From: an uncultured Bacteroidales bacterium
Lineage (GTDB): Bacteria > Bacteroidota > Bacteroidia > Bacteroidales > WCHB1-69
NCBI GenBank assembly: GCA_946409645.1
Contig: CAMJXE010000008.1
Location: 263 to 64,262, forward strand
DNA length: 64,000 nt
Direction: 5' to 3'
Part shown: positions 33,354 to 42,444 of the stretch, piece by piece
How positions within the stretch are numbered: the stretch's first letter is position 1
Layout: each line of letters begins with the position of its first letter
Notes under the pieces: generated by a model
What the model was told of the DNA's origin: nothing
The model's input: only the letters and a program-made list of their open reading frames with translations
Databases searched by the model: none
Position numbers and translations under genes: made by a program

Positions 33354-33800
33354 ATGTCAGGAATTAACAAAGTAATCTTAGTGGGTTATCTCGGAAAAGA
33401 CCCGGAAATCAGAACTTTTGAAAACGGCAGCAAGAAAGCGAGCTTCTCTATGGCCACCACCGAGTACCGAAAGGACAAGGATGGCAACCGTATCGAAATC
33501 ACGGAGTGGCACAACATTGTGATGTGGCGCAACTTGGCCGAATTGGCAGAGAAATACCTCTCCAAAGGCCGACAGATCTATGTGGAGGGCCGTTTACGCA
33601 CCCGCAACTGGGATGATGCCAACGGCGTGAAGCACTACATCACGGAAGTGGAGGCCAACACCTTCACCTTCCTGTCACCCAAGGAGAACGGAGGTCCGAC
33701 AGTGACGCAGGTGCCCAACCAGACGGTCGCACCGCAACAACCCCTGCCGCCCGAAAGTCCAGTCCCCGAGGAGAGTTTCTCCGACGACCTGCCCTTCTAA
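33354..33800 (+). CDS. ssb: Single-stranded DNA-binding protein
   Basis: INKVILVGYLGKDPE, TEWHNIVMW, Pro/Gln-rich linker and acidic tail DDLPF. Confidence 0.95.
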   Translation: MSGINKVILVGYLGKDPEIRTFENGSKKASFSMATTEYRKDKDGNRIEITEWHNIVMWRNLAELAEKYLSKGRQIYVEGRLRTRNWDDANGVKHYITEVEANTFTFLSPKENGGPTVTQVPNQTVAPQQPLPPESPVPEESFSDDLPF

Positions 33801-33806
33801 GACAAG

Positions 33807-33838
33807 CAACGGCGGCCTTTCGGTCGCCGTTGTTTTTA
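33807..33838. terminator. Terminator between convergent ssb and alaS
   Basis: Stem CAACGGCG (33807-33814) / CGCCGTTG (33825-33832), followed by TTTTT. Confidence 0.7.
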
Positions 33839-36445
33839 TAATTTCGATTTCGCTAACTGAACCGCCTCGTTGACGGCCGCCGCCACCCCGTCGGGGTTCT
33901 TGCCGCCCGCCATGGCGAGCGTCGGGTGACCGCCGCCGCCACCTTGGATAAGCTTGCCGGCAGCACGCACTAACGTCGGGGCATCCACCTTGCTTGTCAG
34001 GTTCGTGCTGATGCCGACTGCCAGGTTCGGTTTGCCGTCGTGCACGCTGCCCAACACCACCACGTGGTTGTCGCCCTCGCGCAACTGCAGGGCAACCTGC
34101 CGCAGCATGTCAGCGGAATAGTCGGTGACTTTCGACATGAACAGCACACCGTTGACCTCCTCGGCATTTTCCATCAGGGATTTGCCGAACTCCAACGCCA
34201 TCTGACGGTCGATGTCCTCCATCTTCTTACGCAACACCTGACAATCATCCTGTAATTTCTGCACCGATTGGATCAGATTGGTGGCGTTCGTCATGACTTT
34301 CAGCTGCGCCAAGGTGTCTTGATCGTCATAGACCAGCTGCTCGGCAGCTTCGCCAGTCACCGCTTCGATACGGCGCACGCCAGCGGCCACCGCGCCTTCA
34401 GACACGATCTTGAAGAGCCCGATGTTACCCGTGGCGGAGGTGTGCGTACCACCGCACAACTCCACCGCGTCGCCGAACTGGATGACACGGACAGTTTTGC
34501 CGTACTTCTCGCCGAACAAGGCGATGGCGCCACGCTCGCGGGCCTCTTCAATCGGCACATCAACAAACTCTTGCAACGGTAGGTTCTGACGGATCATGGC
34601 GTTCACCATCTTCTCGGCCGCACGCAACTCCTCGTCCGTCACCTTGGCGAAGTGGGAGAAGTCGAAACGCAAACGGTCGGAAGAAACCATAGAACCTTTC
34701 TGTTCCACATGCGTGCCCAACACGCTGCGCAGCGCGTGGTCGAGCAGGTGCGTGGCAGAGTGGTTGTTGGCCGTCTTCTGCCGCTTTTCGGCATCAACAC
34801 GAGCCACGAAAGTGGCGTTCATATCTGCCGGCAACTTGCTGGTATGATGGATAGTGAGGTTGTTCTCCTTGGTGGTGTTGTAAATCTCCACGGTGTCGGT
34901 GCCGTTGGTCAGCACACCTGTGTCGCCCACCTGACCGCCGGACTCGGCATAGAAAGGTGTCTGGTCGAGCACCACCTGGAAATAGGTCTTGCCCTTGGCG
35001 GTCACCTGCCTGTATTTCACGATCTTGGACTCGCACACCAACTGGTGATAGCCGAGAAACACGGTGGGAGCCTCTTGGGATAGCAGCTCCACCCAGTCAC
35101 CGGCGGAAACCGACGTGGCGGCGCGGGAACGCTCCTTCTGCTGGCGCAGGCCCTCGGCGAAACCGTCCATATCCACCGTCAGGCTCTTTTCGGATGCCAT
35201 CAGGCAGGTGAGGTCGATCGGGAAACCGTAAGTGTCGAACAGTTCGAAGGCGAAGTCGCCGTCGATGACCGTCTTGCCGGCCATCTTCTTGACGTAATTT
35301 TCGAATTTGAGGATGCCAGAGTCGAGCGTTTTGAGGAAGGAGGTCTCTTCCTCGCGAATGACATTCTCAATGAGCTGTTGCTGCGCCTTGATTTCCGGAA
35401 ACTGGTGCCCCATCTGTGCCACAAGGTCAGCGACCAGCGCATGCATGAAAGGCTCATTGAAGTTGAGGAAAGTGAAGCCGTAGCGGATGGCGCGACGCAG
35501 GATGCGGCGGATGACATAGCCGGCGCCTGTGTTGGAGGGCAGTTGGCCATCGGCAATGGCGAAGGTGACGGCGCGCAAGTGGTCGGCCACCACGCGCAGA
35601 GCCACATCGACATCGTGTTTCTCACCGTACTTCACCCCGGCATTCTGCGCAATCTTTTGGATAATCGGCTGGAAGACATCGGTGTCGTAATTGGATTTCT
35701 TGCCTTGGACGGCCATACAGAGGCGCTCGAAGCCCATGCCCGTATCGACATGTTTGGCGGAAAGCGGATGCAACTCGCCGGAAACCACACGGTTATACTG
35801 CATGAACACCAAGTTCCAAATCTCAATCACCAACGGATTGTCTTTGTTTACGAGTTCCGCACCAGAAACATTTGCACGTTCGTCATCGTCGCGCAAATCT
35901 ATATGGATCTCTGAACAAGGCCCACATGGACCGGTGTCACCCATTTCCCAAAAGTTATCTTTCTTATTACCCTTCAGGATACGGTCTTCCGGCAAATGTT
36001 CCTTCCAAAAGTCGTAAGCTTCCTGGTCAAAAGCCGTACCATCCTTCTCATCACCAGCGAAAACAGTGGCGTATAGACGGTTCTTGTCGAGCTTCATTAC
36101 ATCAGTAAGGAATTCCCAAGCATAGGCGATAGCTTCTTTTTTGAAGTAGTCACCGAACGACCAGTTGCCAAGCATCTCGAACATGGTGTGGTGGTAGGTA
36201 TCGCGACCCACCTCCTCCAAGTCGTTGTGTTTTCCCGACACACGCAAACATTTCTGCGAGTCGGCCACACGCAGATACTCGCGAGGAGTATTGCCAAGGA
36301 ATATATCTTTGAACTGGTTCATACCAGCATTGGTGAACATCAATGTCGGGTCATTTTTAATCACCATCGGTGCCGAAGGCACAATCTGATGACCTTTGGA
36401 CTTGAAAAAATCCAGAAAAGCGGAACGTATTTCGTTAGATGTCAT
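33836..36445 (-). CDS. alaS: Alanine--tRNA ligase
   Basis: FLDFFKSKGH, FTNAGMNQFK, WSFGDYFK, HSATHLL editing motif, CGGTH. Start at ATG 36445 (MTSNEI), 19 nt after a TATTTTTG box. Confidence 0.95.
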   Translation of the reverse strand: MTSNEIRSAFLDFFKSKGHQIVPSAPMVIKNDPTLMFTNAGMNQFKDIFLGNTPREYLRVADSQKCLRVSGKHNDLEEVGRDTYHHTMFEMLGNWSFGDYFKKEAIAYAWEFLTDVMKLDKNRLYATVFAGDEKDGTAFDQEAYDFWKEHLPEDRILKGNKKDNFWEMGDTGPCGPCSEIHIDLRDDDERANVSGAELVNKDNPLVIEIWNLVFMQYNRVVSGELHPLSAKHVDTGMGFERLCMAVQGKKSNYDTDVFQPIIQKIAQNAGVKYGEKHDVDVALRVVADHLRAVTFAIADGQLPSNTGAGYVIRRILRRAIRYGFTFLNFNEPFMHALVADLVAQMGHQFPEIKAQQQLIENVIREEETSFLKTLDSGILKFENYVKKMAGKTVIDGDFAFELFDTYGFPIDLTCLMASEKSLTVDMDGFAEGLRQQKERSRAATSVSAGDWVELLSQEAPTVFLGYHQLVCESKIVKYRQVTAKGKTYFQVVLDQTPFYAESGGQVGDTGVLTNGTDTVEIYNTTKENNLTIHHTSKLPADMNATFVARVDAEKRQKTANNHSATHLLDHALRSVLGTHVEQKGSMVSSDRLRFDFSHFAKVTDEELRAAEKMVNAMIRQNLPLQEFVDVPIEEARERGAIALFGEKYGKTVRVIQFGDAVELCGGTHTSATGNIGLFKIVSEGAVAAGVRRIEAVTGEAAEQLVYDDQDTLAQLKVMTNATNLIQSVQKLQDDCQVLRKKMEDIDRQMALEFGKSLMENAEEVNGVLFMSKVTDYSADMLRQVALQLREGDNHVVVLGSVHDGKPNLAVGISTNLTSKVDAPTLVRAAGKLIQGGGGGHPTLAMAGGKNPDGVAAAVNEAVQLAKSKL

Positions 36446-36464
36446 AATTTTAAAAAACAGGGCG

Positions 36465-36472
36465 CAAAAATA
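36465..36472 (-). promoter_or_regulatory. -7 box (TATTTTTG) for alaS
   Basis: Forward GGCGCAAAAATACA. 19 nt upstream of ATG 36445. Confidence 0.55.
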
Positions 36473-36565
36473 CATAAAATTCGCGAATGTCACGTGGTTT
36501 TTGCTGACATTCTTATTGTTTAAAAATGACTCGAGAAAACCTATTGCCATTCAACAAATAATATG

Positions 36566-36573
36566 TATTTTTG
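36566..36573 (+). promoter_or_regulatory. -7 box (TATTTTTG) for the MBOAT operon
   Basis: ATATGTATTTTTGCCG. 79 nt upstream of ATG 36653. Confidence 0.5.
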
Positions 36574-36652
36574 CCGCACTTTGTTCTCCAGTGTCATCCG
36601 CGAATTTCCGCTGCAGAACAAATGAAGAGAGGAAATAATCGAAGCTCAAAAT

Positions 36653-38071
36653 ATGGTTTTTAGCAGTAACGTTTTCTTAATAGTCTTTCTGCCCATTTTT
36701 CTGACATGCTACTTTCTATGTCCGAAACGCTGGAGGAATCTCGTGCTGTTGCTCTTTTCCATCGTTTTCTATGCTTATGGCTCCCCAACGTTCATTTTCC
36801 TGCTTCTCGGCTCCATTGTCCTCAATTATTATCTGGTAAAATTGATGTACAAGTCTGAAAAACAGATATATAAGAAGATATTCTCAGGACTTGCTATTCT
36901 CGCCAGTTTGGGACTGTTACTCTATTTCAAATATGCGAACTTCTTTGCAGATAACCTAAACGCTCTGCTCACAACTTTTGGCCTGCAATCGTTTTCTTTC
37001 TCGAAAGTGCTGCTGCCCATCGGCATCTCTTTCTTCACGTTCCAGTCCATCACTTACGTTGTGGATGCCTACCGTGGAAATCATCCTCCTATGGAACGGC
37101 TGTCAGACTATATGCTCTATATCATCATGTTTCCGCAACTCATCGCAGGACCGATTGTACGGTACTGCGACATCGCGGACGACATTCGGCAACGGGAGCA
37201 GAATTGGGCGGAAAGTCTGCAAGGCTTCTACCGTTTCGTGATAGGCCTTTCCAAAAAGGTGCTCGTTGCCGATGTTATTGGAAAACAGGCTGACATATTA
37301 CTTGCTGGCGATTTGACAACGATGAATACCGGCACCGCATGGATTGCAATCATTGCCTACACCATGCAGCTCTATTTCGACTTCTCGGGTTACTCCGACA
37401 TGGCCATCGGACTCGGCAAAATCATGGGTTTCCATTTCCCTGAAAACTTCGACAATCCTTATAACTCCGCAAGTATCAGCGAGTTTTGGAGACGCTGGCA
37501 CATTACCTTAGGCACCTTTATGCGCAACTATCTCTATATTCCCCTCGGCGGCAACCGCTGTTCCAAACCTCGAATGTACTTCAACCTCTGGGTGGTGTTC
37601 CTCCTTTCCGGTCTTTGGCACGGTGCAAACTGGAATTTCGTGTTATGGGGTGCGTATCACGGTTTTTGGCTCGTGATAGAACGCATTGGATTGAACAAAT
37701 TTTACGAGAAAATCGGCAAAGCACCCAGTGTCATAGTCACTTTTTTCATCGTAACCATAGGCTGGGCATTGTTCCGTATCGAAAACATTTCGGATGCCTT
37801 TACCTTTATTTCAAGATTGTTCATATTTGATTTTCAGTCGATTATACCGATTAGCAGCCTTCATTTTTGCTTTACGCTCGTCATGGCACTGGTTTTCGCT
37901 TTCATTTCCCTGTCTCCCTTCGGAAAAAAGTGTCAAAACTTTGTATTTTACACCCGCTTCTCTAAGAAACAGCATCTTGCTGTATGGCCCGTTAGTATTT
38001 TTATGCTTCTTTTCTGCCTAAGCGCCCTTAATGCGGTAGGTTTCAGTCCATTCATCTATTTCAAATTTTAG
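36653..38071 (+). CDS. MBOAT-family membrane O-acyltransferase (AlgI/DltB-like)
   Basis: Multi-pass membrane protein with the conserved region WRRWHITLGTFMRNYLYIPLGG..LSGLWHGANW. Confidence 0.85.
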   Translation: MVFSSNVFLIVFLPIFLTCYFLCPKRWRNLVLLLFSIVFYAYGSPTFIFLLLGSIVLNYYLVKLMYKSEKQIYKKIFSGLAILASLGLLLYFKYANFFADNLNALLTTFGLQSFSFSKVLLPIGISFFTFQSITYVVDAYRGNHPPMERLSDYMLYIIMFPQLIAGPIVRYCDIADDIRQREQNWAESLQGFYRFVIGLSKKVLVADVIGKQADILLAGDLTTMNTGTAWIAIIAYTMQLYFDFSGYSDMAIGLGKIMGFHFPENFDNPYNSASISEFWRRWHITLGTFMRNYLYIPLGGNRCSKPRMYFNLWVVFLLSGLWHGANWNFVLWGAYHGFWLVIERIGLNKFYEKIGKAPSVIVTFFIVTIGWALFRIENISDAFTFISRLFIFDFQSIIPISSLHFCFTLVMALVFAFISLSPFGKKCQNFVFYTRFSKKQHLAVWPVSIFMLLFCLSALNAVGFSPFIYFKF

Positions 38072-38080
38072 GAGCCTGTC

Positions 38081-39481
38081 ATGAAAGATTTACTCTATAA
38101 AATACTGTTTTTTAGCACGATAGTGGTTCTTTTGCTCTTTTTGGCGCAAACTGTCACACCATTCGTCAACTTCAAGCCACTCGGCGGGGTCACTGAAAAA
38201 GTGGAAAAACCTAAACTGAACTTTCAAAGCTATGCCGACGGCTCATGGCAACGTTTCTCTGACGACTACTTCGACAAACATCTCGGTTTCCGAGAACCGC
38301 TGATTCGTTATTACAACCAATATATTTGGAATCTTTTCAAGGAATCAAACAATCCCAGCGTGATGCGCGGAAAAGACAACTGGCTGTTCGAGGATATCTA
38401 TGTCAGAGAGCATTATGAAAGTTTGATGTATGACCATACCAACGACACGGCTGAAATGAGGAGGATCTTTGAGACCGAGGCTCTACGACTTTGGAAAGTG
38501 CAAAAGTTGCTGGAGGAGCACAACATCTACATTTTTGTCAACATCGCCCCCGGGAAAAATGCGATTTATCCTGAATATCTTCCCGAGAACAGATTCTATT
38601 TGCGTCCGGAAGGCCTTCACGCATACGAATTCTACAAAAAACGTTTCGATGAACTGGGGGTGAATTACATCGACAATGTGGCTGTTTTCAAAAGACTCAA
38701 GAACAATGTGGACTACCCTTTATTTCCAAAAAAGGGTGGACATTGGTCCAACATAGCCTCTGTTTATGTTTTCGATTCCATCCTTCGCTATATGGAAGAT
38801 ATCGGAAATCAAAATCTTAGAAATCTAATAATCGGTAAACCATATATCGCTCCAACCCGGGACCCCGACGACGACCTTGAGCACCTTCTCAATTTGGCTT
38901 TTCCGATACCATCACCACCGAATTATTATGTTGATGTGACGGTTATCGACGATTCTACCGCTACCAAGCCCTATTTCACTGTCATTGGCGACTCTTATCA
39001 TTGGAATTTCATCTTTAATATCCCATTGTTGGACATTTTTCAGAAAGTTCCCTATTGGTATTACAATTACATCATTTACGGTGATGATGAAAACACCTCC
39101 ACTTTAGATCTTGATCTCGAGAAAGAGCTCATGCGCACCGACTATATCATGCTCAACTACAGTACTATGTCTCTATATAGGTTAGGTAGTTGTTTCTTAC
39201 CCAGAGCGTTACTTCATCTTTGCTACGACAAGAACACCATTGATTCCGTCGCCTTTCAAGTCATGGAGAGTATGAAAGAGGACAAGCAACTCTATGCCAA
39301 TTTTCTTGAAGAATCAAAAATCAAACAAAAAAGCGTAGAACAACTCATGTATGAATTTGCCATCTATTTAATCAAAGAGAATCCTGAAAAGTATTTTGAG
39401 GAACTTAACGGCGAAAAAATGCCCACTTCCAGGAATAAAAATTTGAAAAAAAAGCAAACATCTGACAATAATCAAAAATAA
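38081..39481 (+). CDS. Membrane-anchored AlgJ/AlgX-like protein (putative O-acetyltransferase partner of the MBOAT)
   Basis: N-terminal TM anchor. KKGGHWS and VIGDSYHW resemble the D-x-HW / GDS motifs of AlgJ/AlgX-type proteins. Starts 9 nt after the MBOAT stop. Confidence 0.5.
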   Translation: MKDLLYKILFFSTIVVLLLFLAQTVTPFVNFKPLGGVTEKVEKPKLNFQSYADGSWQRFSDDYFDKHLGFREPLIRYYNQYIWNLFKESNNPSVMRGKDNWLFEDIYVREHYESLMYDHTNDTAEMRRIFETEALRLWKVQKLLEEHNIYIFVNIAPGKNAIYPEYLPENRFYLRPEGLHAYEFYKKRFDELGVNYIDNVAVFKRLKNNVDYPLFPKKGGHWSNIASVYVFDSILRYMEDIGNQNLRNLIIGKPYIAPTRDPDDDLEHLLNLAFPIPSPPNYYVDVTVIDDSTATKPYFTVIGDSYHWNFIFNIPLLDIFQKVPYWYYNYIIYGDDENTSTLDLDLEKELMRTDYIMLNYSTMSLYRLGSCFLPRALLHLCYDKNTIDSVAFQVMESMKEDKQLYANFLEESKIKQKSVEQLMYEFAIYLIKENPEKYFEELNGEKMPTSRNKNLKKKQTSDNNQK

Positions 39482-39488
39482 TATCACT

Positions 39489-40460
39489 ATGAAGAAAGTA
39501 TTAGGTATCGGAAACGCACTAGTGGATATCTTAGTGCACATAGACAACGATGAGATCCTCAACCGCTTAGGATTGCAAAAAGGCGGTATGGAAATGATCG
39601 ATGCACAACGGAAACGCGAAATTTTAGAGGTTATTGCGGAGATGCCGCAGACATTGGCAACCGGTGGATCCACCTCTAACACCATCCACGGTTTAGCTCG
39701 ATTGGGCGCGAACGCTGGCTATATCGGCAAAGTGGGAAACGACGAATTAGGCAAGCTCTTTCGAGAAGAGTGCAACCGATTCGGTGTCATCCCGCACCTT
39801 ATTAACTCAGAGGAAGACACAGGAGTAGCTATCACCTTCATTTCCCCAAATGCAGAACGCACTTTCGCCACTTACCTCGGTGCCGCCGCCACCATGCAAC
39901 CTGCCGAAGTGGATGCGCAAACAATTGGCAACTACGACATTATCCACATCGAAGGCTACCTCATCTTCAATCACGATCTGATTCTGGAGGTATGCCAAAA
40001 AGCCAAAGCACAAGGTCTGATGATTTCCATGGATATGGCCAGTTACAACTTGATAGAAAGCAACTTGGCCTTTGTAAAGATGTTGCTGCACGACTACGTT
40101 GATATCATCTTTGCCAACGAAGAAGAAGCAAAAGCTTTTACTGGCGTAGAAAACATGGAAGCTTTGCACATGCTGTCCGAATCCTGCCCTATCGCCATCG
40201 TGAAGGTTGGCAAGGACGGATCATACGTCAAAATGAACGGCGAAGTGACCTCCATCGCACCCGTGGATGCGAAGAGAATCGACACCACAGGCGCCGGCGA
40301 CATCTACGCATCAGGCTTCCTGTATGGCTACATTAACGGTTTCAACGCTTTGAAATCTGGAAACTTGGCATCCTATCTCTCTTCACGACTGATTGAATAC
40401 GTCGGAGCAAAGCTGCCTGACGAGGAATGGACAAAAATAAAAGAAGAGGGACTGTGTTAG
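39489..40460 (+). CDS. PfkB-family carbohydrate/nucleoside kinase
   Basis: TGGSTSNT and DTTGAGDIYASGFLYG signatures. Starts 7 nt after the upstream stop. Confidence 0.85.
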   Translation: MKKVLGIGNALVDILVHIDNDEILNRLGLQKGGMEMIDAQRKREILEVIAEMPQTLATGGSTSNTIHGLARLGANAGYIGKVGNDELGKLFREECNRFGVIPHLINSEEDTGVAITFISPNAERTFATYLGAAATMQPAEVDAQTIGNYDIIHIEGYLIFNHDLILEVCQKAKAQGLMISMDMASYNLIESNLAFVKMLLHDYVDIIFANEEEAKAFTGVENMEALHMLSESCPIAIVKVGKDGSYVKMNGEVTSIAPVDAKRIDTTGAGDIYASGFLYGYINGFNALKSGNLASYLSSRLIEYVGAKLPDEEWTKIKEEGLC

Positions 40461-40471
40461 TTCCTCTTCTT
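40441..40471 (+). terminator. Hairpin spanning the pfkB-family gene stop codon
   Basis: AAGAAGAGG..CCTCTTCTT stem with the TAG stop (40458-40460) in the loop. Confidence 0.45.
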
Positions 40472-40481
40472 CATCATTTCG

Positions 40482-40554
<73 letters not shown>

Positions 40555-40567
40555 TTGTTTTGCGCGG

Positions 40568-40575
40568 CAAAAATA
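40568..40575 (-). promoter_or_regulatory. -7 box (TATTTTTG) for tRNA-Thr
   Basis: Forward GCGGCAAAAATACA followed by T9. 13 nt upstream of the tRNA 5' end. Confidence 0.55.
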
Positions 40576-40591
40576 CATTTTTTTTTGATAT

Positions 40592-41620
40592 ATGAAGAAT
40601 TGGCGATATTTTTTTCTATTCGGCCTGCTGACAACCCTGATTGGGCTGGCCATTAATTTATCACAACAAAAAGATTACCAACGCGTTGTGGTTGAAAACA
40701 GCCCCATGTCCGACATCGCGACAGACAACGACGGCAACCTTTTCCGACTGCCCTTCTCCTACCAATTGGAAGAAGTGACTTCGGAGAAATATCGGTCAGG
40801 AGCCGCCAAATCGCACACTGCGGTAATTGTTTGTCAATATCAAAATCAGACCGAGAGACTTGAAATTTCCGAGAATCATCCCGCCAAATATTACCAATAC
40901 GATTTCTATCTCCGCGCTATAGGGGAAGCCCCATCTTCCAAACAATATGCCGAAATCATCTTGTCACATTCGCCTGCACAAACCATTGTCTATATTGGTC
41001 TTATCACATTGATATTCACATCATTAGTATGGATTATCCGATTCTTTCCCGTTGAAGGCTCCTTAGGTCGATGGGCATTAGTGCTGGCGTTATCCATTGT
41101 GGTCTTTGCCATTATCATCGTTTTCAACCCAATGATGCGGTCCAAGGAAGTTCCACCTATCCTTCGCAGCACTTGGTTCATTCCTCATGTCGCAAGCTAC
41201 GTCTTTTCATACGCTATTCTTATAGCAGGCTTTATATCAGCCATTTACGCTGATATAAAAAAAAGTTCCTCTACTTTGGTATGGTCTCAACGGATGCTAA
41301 GATGCGGGACTGGCTTTTTCACTATTGGGTTGTCATTGGGTATCGTCTGGGCAAAGGAAGCGTGGGGTACTTTCTGGAACTGGGATCCGAAAGAGACGAT
41401 GGCACTCATCACCTACTGTTACTACCTTTTGTTGTGCATGGGCACTCGACACATTCACTTTCTACAATCCGACGTTACAACTGGTAAATCGCGTCAACTT
41501 GCCTTTCACCTGAATGTCACCATACAATTCGCGGGGATACTTTTCCTTATCCTCTGCTGGACCTGTCCGCAGTTCATCATCAACCTCCTCGGTTGGTCAC
41601 AAAGCCTGCACAGTTACTAA
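40592..41620 (+). CDS. ccsA: Cytochrome c biogenesis protein, compact CcsBA/CcsA-like (system II heme handling)
   Basis: WWD-type motif WAKEAWGTFWNWDPKETMALITY with flanking His. The N-terminal part (FRLPFSYQLEEVT..YRSGAAKSHTAVIV..ISENHPAKYYQYDFYL) resembles the C-terminal end of ResB/CcsB. Confidence 0.7.
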   Translation: MKNWRYFFLFGLLTTLIGLAINLSQQKDYQRVVVENSPMSDIATDNDGNLFRLPFSYQLEEVTSEKYRSGAAKSHTAVIVCQYQNQTERLEISENHPAKYYQYDFYLRAIGEAPSSKQYAEIILSHSPAQTIVYIGLITLIFTSLVWIIRFFPVEGSLGRWALVLALSIVVFAIIIVFNPMMRSKEVPPILRSTWFIPHVASYVFSYAILIAGFISAIYADIKKSSSTLVWSQRMLRCGTGFFTIGLSLGIVWAKEAWGTFWNWDPKETMALITYCYYLLLCMGTRHIHFLQSDVTTGKSRQLAFHLNVTIQFAGILFLILCWTCPQFIINLLGWSQSLHSY

Positions 41621-41648
41621 TTATCCACTAATCACTAACCACAAAAAA
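41616..41648. repeat. Heptad array ACTAATT ATCCACT AATCACT AACCACA
   Basis: Read directly. Starts at the ccsA-like stop codon and is G-free on the plus strand. Confidence 0.7.
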
Positions 41649-41668
41649 CGCCCTCCATTGGAAGGCGC
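41649..41668. terminator. Terminator shared by ccsA-like (+) and rpmA (-)
   Basis: On the minus strand GCGCCTTCC-AAT-GGAGGGCG followed by TTTTTT. Confidence 0.6.
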
Positions 41669-41696
41669 TTTGACTAATCTCGACAAATCTCAATGA

Positions 41697-41960
41697 CTAT
41701 TCCTGAGTTGCAGGGATTACAGAAACGTAGGATCTGTCCTTATAGGTTTTCTTGAATTCAACGATGCCGTCGCACAGTGCGAAGAGGGTGTGGTCTTTAC
41801 CCATACCCACGTTCTTACCAGGGTTGTGGACGGTACCTCTTTGGCGGACGATGATATTGCCAGCCTTGGCAAACTGACCACCAAAAATCTTCAAACCTAA
41901 TCTTTTACTAGCTGATTCGCGGCCGTTCTGAGAACTACCGACACCTTTTTTATGAGCCAT
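41697..41960 (-). CDS. rpmA: 50S ribosomal protein L27
   Basis: [32 protein letters not shown]. Confidence 0.95.
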   Translation of the reverse strand: MAHKKGVGSSQNGRESASKRLGLKIFGGQFAKAGNIIVRQRGTVHNPGKNVGMGKDHTLFALCDGIVEFKKTYKDRSYVSVIPATQE

Positions 41961-41990
41961 AAGTCTAAATTTTAATCGTTAATACTAAAT

Positions 41991-42302
41991 TTACAAGGTG
42001 ATGTTATCAATCTTGATGGAGGTCAAGCATTGACGATGACCATTCAATTTCTGATAACCTTTTCTTCTTTTCTTCTTGAAAACGAGAACTTTGTCGCCTT
42101 TCAAGTGTTGGAGCACGGTAGCGGTCACGCTTGCACCGGAAACGGTAGGCGTACCCACTTTCACATCACCGTCATTGTCCACTAACATAACGCTGTCAAA
42201 TTTGACTTGCGCACCTTCTTCAGCCTTGAGGCGTTGAACATAGACTCTGCGGTCTTTTTCAACCTTGAATTGTTGCCCGGCTATTTCTACAATTGCGTAC
42301 AT
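41991..42302 (-). CDS. rplU: 50S ribosomal protein L21
   Basis: MYAIVEIAGQQFKVEKD..VFKKKRRKGYQKLNGHRQ. 103 aa from ATG 42302; the listed N-terminal extension covers the promoter. Confidence 0.95.
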   Translation of the reverse strand: MYAIVEIAGQQFKVEKDRRVYVQRLKAEEGAQVKFDSVMLVDNDGDVKVGTPTVSGASVTATVLQHLKGDKVLVFKKKRRKGYQKLNGHRQCLTSIKIDNITL

Positions 42303-42337
42303 TTTGGTATAATTTTTGTTTGTAATTTTTTGGGCGG

Positions 42338-42345
42338 CAAAAATA
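42338..42345 (-). promoter_or_regulatory. -7 box (TATTTTTG) for rplU-rpmA
   Basis: Forward GGCGGCAAAAATAAG. 35 nt upstream of ATG 42302. Confidence 0.55.
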
Positions 42346-42444
42346 AGATTTTTTTTGATATAAATATTTCGCCTGCAATTTTTTTTAAACTTTTGCGTTA
42401 TTGAGCCGTTTTGTATAAACTTTAATAATGAAAAATATATAAAT

